A stretch of DNA of 64,000 bases from Chloropicon primus (lineage: Eukaryota). The notes under the pieces were generated by a model, which worked only from the letters and a program-made list of their open reading frames with translations, was not told the origin of the DNA and made no database searches. A program made the position numbers and the translations under genes. This document shows, piece after piece, positions 32,463 to 39,482 of this stretch. Each line of letters starts with the position of its first letter. Within the stretch, counting starts at the first letter, position 1. The DNA is taken from the NCBI GenBank assembly GCA_023205875.1, contig CP060758.1, positions 310,001 through 374,000 on the forward strand, in the 5' to 3' direction.

Positions 32463-33182
32463 ATGGAGATAGAAATGGAGGAGGGGAGTGAGCTGCCAAG
32501 GCAGTCGCTCCTTGACGTGGTGCTGGAGAGCAAGCACAGGCAGGGGAAGGCCAAGCTGGAGGACAGGGTTACGATATTGGCAAAGACGAAGGAGACGCAA
32601 GAGAACGACGAGGAAATTCGTGACTATATCTTGGACCTGTTGGAGCTGTCCACAACGGACGAGGAGTCCTGCACTGGGTTGATATTAGTGTACCCAACGG
32701 CGTCGGTCATCACCATCGAGGCCGAGCAGAGCGTGTTGTGGGACGTCGTGAAGAGACTCCACAGCTCGGAGCTCGACAACGCTCCGGTAGACAACTTGAC
32801 CATCCTGTCGAGCTCGGAGGACATCAGCAAGCGGGCCTTCAACATGCCGTACAGCACGTTCCTGAACGAGGCCAGCGCAGCGGCGGTCCTGATAGAGGAC
32901 GCGGACAAGCTCATAAGCACGGCCTCTGCGGCAAACATTTCGATATTGCAGCTGGGCGAGAAGCTCAGCGGGCTCTCTGGAGACGAAGCCCAGAACCTGC
33001 TATCGAACTTGCGGTCCTCCTTCACGACGTTCCCGACGCAGGAAACGTTTGCTGCCATCATAGGCGCCGAGGACACGCCGGGCGTTGACGACTTTTTGGA
33101 GTTCTTCGGCAAGCCCATGAACATCACCCTCGACACGGAGGTCGCGTGGCCTGCGCCAGAGTTCCTGGAAGCCCACCTGTGA
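32463..33182 (+). CDS. TEX47/MOT7(DYBLUF)-like BLUF-fold protein
   Basis: LPRQSLLD N-terminus, TGLILVYPTASVITIEA, EDISKRAF, C-terminal PMNITLDTEVAWP resemble the TEX47 family. Confidence 0.55.
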   Translation: MEIEMEEGSELPRQSLLDVVLESKHRQGKAKLEDRVTILAKTKETQENDEEIRDYILDLLELSTTDEESCTGLILVYPTASVITIEAEQSVLWDVVKRLHSSELDNAPVDNLTILSSSEDISKRAFNMPYSTFLNEASAAAVLIEDADKLISTASAANISILQLGEKLSGLSGDEAQNLLSNLRSSFTTFPTQETFAAIIGAEDTPGVDDFLEFFGKPMNITLDTEVAWPAPEFLEAHL

Positions 33183-33280
33183 GGGCAAGCGGCCGCCCTG
33201 GTCTGGGCCTGAAAACCCTGTGGGAAAACATTATACAATATACAATACTTCTATTAGAATTTCGAACGCGCCCACGCTGT

Positions 33281-34063
33281 TCACCTCTTTTTCGTGTACA
33301 GGCAAGCCTCGAGGAGTCCTGCCGGCGGATCGATCTCGCAAAAGCCTCCCTGCGTGTCGACCACTGGCACAATCTCCCTGGCGAACGGAACCAAAACGCA
33401 GACCTTGGCCCGCTTCCTCTTGCTGGCTTCCACTTCGGATTCCTTTCCGAGCCTCCTGCTGTACGAGTCGCAGACTTCGATGTCGAGCGTGTCGTGGACT
33501 CCCGTGCCGGAGAAGACGTCAACGACCACACCCAAGTCGACTGGATCCTCCTCCCCCCCTTCCTGCCTGACGCGAGCCCGCAGGCCAACCAAGTCCTGGG
33601 CATAAAACTCCGAGTCCCCGTCGAGCTCGTCCCTCTCGTCCGTCCTCACCAACAGGGTGTGCCCCTTGACCGCCTCCGCCTCGTCCCTGCTGGACACATT
33701 GTCGAGCTTCAGCAGGTACGCGAGCTGACCCCGGTTCGTCACGGTGCGCGCGAACTGTATTTCCATCCGCACCGGGTCCTCACTCTCTTCGAATATGCTC
33801 GCCTTTCGACGCAACCAGCTGTTCTTCCCGGGACGAAACCTGTCCTCGGCCGAGTCCGTCAGGGGCTTCACGCGGACCTCGCCACGCAGGCCGTGGGCAC
33901 CCGTCACGACGCCAACCTTCACCCACTCCACGCCCGCCTCTCCCTCCCCGGCGACCCTGCACCTCGCCGTCCTTCGCGGAGGCCGGGGCCCAAGAGCGCC
34001 GAAGCGCTTGCCCTCGCGCCTCCACCGCTTCTCAGCAGCACGGGGCGAAGCTCTGGCAAGCAT
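33281..34063 (-). CDS. rimM: Ribosome maturation factor RimM, plastid-type
   Basis: VGVVTGAHGLRGEVRV, SRDEAEAVKG, EFYAQDLVGL, LVPFAREIVPVVD, PPAGLLE; transit-like N-terminus. Confidence 0.92.
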   Translation of the reverse strand: MLARASPRAAEKRWRREGKRFGALGPRPPRRTARCRVAGEGEAGVEWVKVGVVTGAHGLRGEVRVKPLTDSAEDRFRPGKNSWLRRKASIFEESEDPVRMEIQFARTVTNRGQLAYLLKLDNVSSRDEAEAVKGHTLLVRTDERDELDGDSEFYAQDLVGLRARVRQEGGEEDPVDLGVVVDVFSGTGVHDTLDIEVCDSYSRRLGKESEVEASKRKRAKVCVLVPFAREIVPVVDTQGGFCEIDPPAGLLEACLYTKKR

Positions 34064-34169
34064 CCTGATGAGCTATTTTGCGCCAACGCCGCGGCGTCTC
34101 TCGAGTTCCCTCTTTTGTTATGGTGTTCAGACATCAGATCAAAACAGCACACAGAAAAGTCACGAAAGG

Positions 34170-34244
34170 ACGGTAGGGAAATCACAGTCAATACTGGAAG
34201 CACAAAGGCAAGTTCTCCTTTCCACTGAAAGAGAGAAACACGGA
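34170..34244. repeat. 75-bp direct repeat, copy 1 (candidate Fanzor element end)
   Basis: ACGGTAGGGAAATCACAGTC...GAGAGAAACACGGA is identical to 37899-37973; flanks differ on both sides. Confidence 0.95.
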
Positions 34245-34429
34245 GAGAAATGGAGACCGGCCCCTACTTACCTGTTAGTTTTCTGCAAAGGTCGTTTCAC
34301 CGAGTTTGTAAGTTTCTCGGCAGGGTAATTCAGCCCTACCACGACCATTCCACCGTACATGAACGAATACTTCCGCCCACTTAGCGCACGGCAGCCCGTA
34401 CTAACAAACGTATGTGCAACCCTGAGGAG
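34170..34429 (-). ncRNA. Candidate Fanzor omegaRNA/fRNA scaffold
   Basis: Directly 3' of the Fanzor stop; nested complementary segments 34273-34279/34400-34406, 34290-34295/34341-34346, 34300-34304/34316-34320, 34319-34325/34334-34340, 34386-34391/34396-34401; ends are inferred. Confidence 0.65.
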
Positions 34430-36670
34430 TTACACACTTTTTGGTTGACGCAAGTGCTTCAGGAGGACGTTGCGTGCCCCGTTCACATCCCGACCGCACT
34501 TGAAGCCACACTTCTGGCACTTGTACACCTCTGCTCCACCCAGGTTGTCCTTGATGTGTCCGCACCTGCCACAGGTCTTGGAGGTGTACTCCTCCGTCAC
34601 GATCGCCAGCTCACTGCCGTGCAAGAGCACCTTGGAAGCCAAGAACGTTCTGAACGCATAGTGCCTCAACGTCAAGAGCGTGCGAGCCGTCTTCTTCCTG
34701 ATCACTCGGCGTCTCCCGTTGTTGTTCTTCTTCACCATGTCTTGGGACTTGAACTCCGGGAGGAGGATTGTGTCGAACCTCCTGCATAGATCGTTGGCTA
34801 CCTTTTTGTGAAGCTCGTTCGTCAGACCTCGAAGTTTCTCCATGCAGGCGTATTGCTGTCTCTTCAAGTCGCGGCGGTCGAGGTAAGGGAGCTTCACCTT
34901 TGGGTCTTTGCGCTCGGAAATGATCTTATCAATCCTCCAGCAGAGGTTGAACAGCCTCGCGAAGCCTCGCTCGCCCTTGGCATACTCCCCGACGCCTTCT
35001 TGCGGCGAGTACGACGTCTGAAAGGTCCTGACTCCCGGATCCAGGGCGACAACCTTCCGCTTGTTCTCAGGCTTCAGGGGTGGCAGGCGATCCCATGGCG
35101 TCGCGATGGGAATGTGCATGTGGAACTGCCCAAGGCGATTTCTTGTGATCTTCACGGCACCCTCGATCTTGCCCCCGGGGATCTCCTCCGTCAAGTACAG
35201 GGGCCCGCCGGCCATCTTCTCCTTGAACACCTCCAGCTTGGTCCACTTGCGTCGTTTCTTGTGCTTCGTGTCATCCTTGTGCCTCGTGTTTGGCCTTTCG
35301 ATCGTCTCCACGTTCTTTAAGTCTCTTGCATTAATTTCAATGGTCCAAGAGCTCGGTTGCTGACGTTGACGATACTTGAGAACGAAGCGGTGCCCCTTCT
35401 TCTCGCCGCGCTCCTTCATCGCTTCCTGCTTCGCGGTGTTCGAATCCCATGCCTTGATGAGACTTCGCACGGCAGCTTGTCTGATGGCACAGGGGGTATC
35501 CTTCAGCCAAGGATGCTTCTGATTCACAAAGGCCCCGCTAACGTAGTCCCGGTCCTTGGCCACTTCGGCGCGAAATCGTCTGCCTCCAATGAGGCTGACG
35601 AGTCTCTTCTCTCTGGCCGCCTCCTGTTTTGTCCTTCGCTTGGGAGAGCATTGGATTTCTTTCAGCTCTTTCTCCAGGCCCTCAAAGACCTCAGGGCCTC
35701 GCGGTTTGGCCGTCACAAATCTGTCCAGCAGGACGTTCCAAACCAGCGGAAAACCCTCCTTCTTGACCGCCTCCAAACACTTGTTGTATGTGAAACGCGC
35801 AGCTCCCATCCAGTTGCAAAGTGTTCTCGCCTGCTCAGGGTCCAAGCGCATCCTAAGCTTCCTCGTCCGTATCACCGTTCGCTCCGACAATAGCTTGGAG
35901 GTCTTCAGCTTCTGCTCCCTCTTCCTTTTGGCGGGCGGCTGCAATGTCTCGACGGATACCACAGAATCTTCTGGAAGGTTCAAGCACGACCTCCATCCCG
36001 TCTTCGGACACTTTACCTCTTCAAGTTCTCTCTTCATCGATGAGAACCAGGTCTTCTTCACGCTGTCGTCCGCCAAGCCACCCGGCTGCTTCCCTGCTTT
36101 CTTCCCCCTCTTGTTCTTCTTCTTCTTACCCTTCTTCTTGTTCTTCTTCTTGCCCTTCTTGCGAGGCTTCTTGCGAGGCTTGCCTGACGAGCTCGAACTC
36201 TCACCCGCAGAGGAAGCCGCCTCCGGCGGCTTCCCCTTCCGCTTCCCCCCCCGCTTCTTGCGAGGCGTGCTCGAACCCTCCTCGAAAGCAGAGGCGGGGT
36301 CGTCCAGCGGCGTCTCCTTCCGCTTCCCCCCCCGCTTCTTGCGAGGCGTGCTCGAACCCTCCTCGAAAGCAGAGGCGGGGTCGTCCAGCGGCGTCTCCTT
36401 CCGCTTCCCCCCCCGCTTCTTGCGAGGCGTGCTCGAACCCTCACCCGCAGAGGCGGGGTCGTCCGCGATAGGAAGCATGCACAACGCGTAGAGCAACGCT
36501 AAACCCTGATTCCAGAACCGACGTAACGGCCGCTCCGTCGTCGGAGACTCCTGCCCCGACTTCGAAGCGCCCTGAGCATGACTCTCGCCAGAGTGCGACC
36601 TCCTTGTGGAACTCGTCGAGCCACTCCCCTGCTTCTCCTTTTTCTTACGGCGCTTCCCTGATCGCGCCAT
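34430..36670 (-). CDS. Fanzor: Fanzor2-type RNA-guided DNA endonuclease (eukaryotic TnpB/IS607-OrfB homolog)
   Basis: RTRKLRMRLDPEQARTLCNWMGAARFTYNKCL (OrfB HTH/WED start), RuvC-I VVALDPGVRTF, ILLPEF, alternative RuvC-II VTEEYTSKTC, zinc finger CGRC...CQKC, RuvC-III RDVNGARNVLL; intronless, 746 aa. Confidence 0.95.
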   Translation of the reverse strand: MARSGKRRKKKEKQGSGSTSSTRRSHSGESHAQGASKSGQESPTTERPLRRFWNQGLALLYALCMLPIADDPASAGEGSSTPRKKRGGKRKETPLDDPASAFEEGSSTPRKKRGGKRKETPLDDPASAFEEGSSTPRKKRGGKRKGKPPEAASSAGESSSSSGKPRKKPRKKGKKKNKKKGKKKKNKRGKKAGKQPGGLADDSVKKTWFSSMKRELEEVKCPKTGWRSCLNLPEDSVVSVETLQPPAKRKREQKLKTSKLLSERTVIRTRKLRMRLDPEQARTLCNWMGAARFTYNKCLEAVKKEGFPLVWNVLLDRFVTAKPRGPEVFEGLEKELKEIQCSPKRRTKQEAAREKRLVSLIGGRRFRAEVAKDRDYVSGAFVNQKHPWLKDTPCAIRQAAVRSLIKAWDSNTAKQEAMKERGEKKGHRFVLKYRQRQQPSSWTIEINARDLKNVETIERPNTRHKDDTKHKKRRKWTKLEVFKEKMAGGPLYLTEEIPGGKIEGAVKITRNRLGQFHMHIPIATPWDRLPPLKPENKRKVVALDPGVRTFQTSYSPQEGVGEYAKGERGFARLFNLCWRIDKIISERKDPKVKLPYLDRRDLKRQQYACMEKLRGLTNELHKKVANDLCRRFDTILLPEFKSQDMVKKNNNGRRRVIRKKTARTLLTLRHYAFRTFLASKVLLHGSELAIVTEEYTSKTCGRCGHIKDNLGGAEVYKCQKCGFKCGRDVNGARNVLLKHLRQPKSV
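36236..36464 (-). repeat. 81-bp in-frame tandem repeat (~3 copies) encoding DDPASAFEEGSSTPRKKRGGKRKETPL
   Basis: GCTTCCCCCCCCGCTTCTTGCGAGGCGTGCTCGAACCCTC starts at 36241, 36322 and 36403. Confidence 0.95.
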
Positions 36671-36676
36671 GACTGC

Positions 36677-36800
36677 TAGGGTTTCACTCGCCGTCCTCGT
36701 CCCTCGTCCCTCGCGACAAACTCAACCGATCGATCGATCGTCTGCCAACTCGAACTGACGCTGCTCTCTCTCTCTCTCGAGGCGCGAAAATGTTTTCAAA
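36677..36800 (-). promoter_or_regulatory. Putative Fanzor promoter with host-type motifs (CHR-like TTTGAA, E2F-like TTTTCGCGCC, GATC repeats, telo-box AAACCCTA)
   Basis: Minus strand reads TTTGAAAACATTTTCGCGCC (36800-36781), CGATCGATCGATCG (~36727-36740) and AAACCCTA (36684-36677) just upstream of the ATG. Confidence 0.4.
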
Positions 36801-37118
36801 TCCCCCCCAAAAGAAGCGAAATCACTTGTAAATTTATTACACTCGTTTCGATACACAGGGCGAGGTTTGTTTTTCAGGGGAGGGGGTCGAACTCTTCGTT
36901 CTGGTGGATTTCTCCCTTCCGCTGAACCATCATAACGGCCGAGCACGAGGGCGAACCAGGAGGAGGGAGAGAGAGAGAAGGGGGACGGGAGAGCGCGGAG
37001 GAGGAAGAGGGAGGCGGAGGACCGGACAGAAGGAAGCGTCGTCTCGTGCTCTTTCGAAAGAGCCCTCGCTCGAAGAGAACGACCCGGTGGTGAGGATCTG
37101 AGGAGCACGGGCGTGAAG

Positions 37119-37860
37119 ATGGCGGTGACAGGGGGAGCGAGCAAGAGGCAGAGGACGGAGGGATGCGCTGGAGGTGCTTCCCGAGTGGGCGTGGTTCCTG
37201 GTCTTGAAGCAGCTGGACGATTACGACCACCTTGCTTTTGGGGTTGACCTGCAGGACGTTCCTCGAGGCGGTGACGAAGGCGACGAGCCCCGAGGAGAAG
37301 AAGAAGGCTCGCCTGAGGACGGACCTGTCGCAAGAGAAGTTGTTCGATCAGATGCCTTCCTTCACTTTGGGTTGGTACCAGCGGATGTTCCAATCGTTCA
37401 AAAGGAAGAAGTCTCGGAGATTTGAAAGAAAGAAGGGAGCACGGTTCAATTTTGTACCTCTGTATGGACACTCCAACTACTTGTACCTCTCCGACTACAC
37501 GTACGACGTCGAGCTGATGTACCTCGCCGCTTTCCAGGGCAGCAAGAAGGTGATGAAGTGGCTGGTGAGCCAAGGGATCCCTTTGGGTATCATTCTTCGC
37601 GGTTTACCTCATGAGGAGCGGTAGCAGTTGAAAGAGCTGCTGAAGGAGGTCACATTGATGTTCTGGAATGGTTGAGGAGCGAGGGGTGCGGGTTTGGTGA
37701 GGAGGCTTGTGCGGGTGCAGCTCGAGGAGGCCACCTTGACGCTCTGCAGTGGCTTCGAAGCCTGGAACCGCCTTGCCGTTGGAGCGGGTGGACTTCTTTT
37801 AGTGCAGCTCAAGGAGGCCACCTTCATATTCTCAAGTGGCTTCGAAGCCTGGATCCCCCA
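37119..37860 (+). pseudogene. F-box-like plus ankyrin-repeat protein pseudogene (AA.GGHL..L.WLR type), frameshifted and 3'-truncated
   Basis: Joining three frame changes gives EVLPEWAWFLVLKQLDDYDHLAFGLTCRTF...YLAAFQGSKKVMKWL...AAEGGHIDVLEWLRSEG...AARGGHLDALQWLRSLEPPCRW...AAQGGHLHILKWLRSLDPP, then homology breaks off. Confidence 0.8.
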
Positions 37861-37898
37861 GAATATCTCTCTCTTCTGCAATATCTTTCTCTTCTACA

Positions 37899-37973
37899 AC
37901 GGTAGGGAAATCACAGTCAATACTGGAAGCACAAAGGCAAGTTCTCCTTTCCACTGAAAGAGAGAAACACGGA
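37899..37973. repeat. 75-bp direct repeat, copy 2
   Basis: Identical to 34170-34244. Confidence 0.95.
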
Positions 37974-38024
37974 TCGAACCAGGATAGTTCCAAAGGCTAC
38001 AGACAAGGTAGACCTTCAAAGGGG

Positions 38025-38262
38025 AACGCTCGTGAGGTGCAGTTCACCGAACGAGATACAGAGGCGCCACAGAGTGAAGTACTACAGACCAAACAAGTAC
38101 TGGCTGAGTACTGAACAAGGGCAGTAACGCTCGTGAGGTGTAGTTCACCGAACGAGATGCAGTAACGCTCGTGAGGTGTGGTTCACCGAACGAGACGCAG
38201 AGGTGCAGTAGTGCGAAGTACTACAGACCAGCAAGTATTGGCTGAGTACTGAACAAGTGCAG
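38025..38262. repeat. Tandem hairpin-containing repeat (two ~100-bp units and one 38-bp partial)
   Basis: AACGCTCGTGAGGTGYRGTTCACCGAACGAGA at 38025, 38126 and 38164; the first and third copies are followed by a shared GAAGTACTACAGACCA...TGGCTGAGTACTGAACAAG. Confidence 0.9.
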
Positions 38263-38387
38263 CAAGTATGCAAACAATAAGATTGCAGATAAACAACTCG
38301 ACGATCAACAACGTCGACAGGATTCTCCTTCGAATGATCCTCTTCTCCAGCTCCCTCCTCACTATGTCTTCCCAAAAAAACATGCGG

Positions 38388-38428
38388 GTTGTAGTTGTAG
38401 TTGTAGTTGTAGTTGTAGTTGTGGTTGT
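38388..38428. repeat. (GTTGTA)n hexanucleotide microsatellite
   Basis: Direct read. Confidence 0.9.
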
Positions 38429-39482
38429 CCTTTGGGTGTGACCAAACTGGTATACACTGGAATCCCACCAACAGGGGAAAACCTCCAACATCTGTTTCTG
38501 TCTGTCATACACCCCTTACCCGCTCTGTACACTGTTCGGACGATCTTGGATTTCCGCCGCCCTCTGGATCCAGGATCATATTTCCTTAATCAAGTCCAAG
38601 GTTCACCATTGTAATGGCATTTCGTGGTATGCTACGTGAGACGTTGCACGAAAGTTTCCACCCTTGGAACCCCCAAGACGTTCTCTCTGTTTGATGTTAC
38701 CCTCACTGTTCTGTTTTTCGTTATCGTCTGAGACAGAATCCTTCACGGAAGGGCTCGTCCAGTAGTCCGGTGGTTTTGCTGGAGGCGAGGGGCTCTGCTC
38801 GAGGGAATATACGCCCAACGCGAGGCTTCCAGCTTGACACAACTCACCTTCACCTTCACCTTCATCGCAGGCTCCTGGGATCCCATCACCTGTCAAGCAC
38901 CAAGACGAGGGGCAGACCAAAGCATAGACCCAGAGGCTTGGCTTGACTGGCTCGGCTCTTGTGTGCCGGGTGTGCCGGGTGTGGCGTGTGCTTGTTTTTG
39001 CGGTCACTAGTTTTGGTTCGAGTCTGCTCAGCTTGCCTTGGTGGGCTGGAGGCAGAGACAGAGCAGAGGCAGGAAGAGAGAGGGCAGAGGTTCTGCTTGG
39101 CTTGGCTTGGCTGGTTTTGGAGTTAAATTCTTGCTTGCTGTGGACTAAAGCGGCGGCTGGCCTTTCGGTTTTGTCGACTCTTGTGGAGGAGATCGCTTTG
39201 ATAATACTCTTACTGGGATGAAAGTAGCAAGACCTGTGGACTAGCCAAGGAAACGTGTTGTTCTTTAAGGGTGGGCAGCCAAAGGAGACGGATTCTGCCT
39301 GCTAAGCATGCACTAGAAATCATTGTCCATCAAAGCTTGAGTCGACAAACTTAGCTTGCCTGTGTTGTGCTGAGATAGTAGGCTAGGCGTGGCCTCTCCA
39401 AGTGAAGTTGAAGAAGGCGTGTGTGTGCGTGTGCGTGTGCGTGTGTGTATAAGTGTGAAATCCGCTAGACGACTGCTGCAGT

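Larger units (their letters stand above)
34170..36900 (-). mobile_element. Non-autonomous Fanzor-carrying element (right end probably 34170; left end uncertain, may extend to 37973)
   Basis: TnpB-derived ORF plus structured tail ending at a repeated terminus; no transposase ORF and no TSD seen. Confidence 0.55.

Noticed and set aside
34430..36670. Bacterial contaminant TnpB or Cas12
   Set aside because: Embedded among intron-containing algal genes with host-like composition, has NLS-like repeats and the Fanzor-type rearranged RuvC; no cas genes or TnpA nearby
36900..36923. Inverted copy of the 75-bp terminus acting as left TIR (CTGGTGGATTTCTCCCTTCCG vs CTGTGATTTCCCTACCG)
   Set aside because: Needs several gaps in a short, low-complexity match; not distinguishable from chance
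34170..37973. LTR retrotransposon (direct terminal repeats)
   Set aside because: Repeats are only 75 bp, lack TG...CA ends, TSD and PBS/PPT, and there is no gag/pol
38025..38262. CRISPR array (32-nt palindromic repeats near a Cas12-related nuclease)
   Set aside because: Intervening segments are ~69 and 6 nt, and the long one is repeated after the third copy, so there are no unique equal-length spacers; this is a tandem duplication
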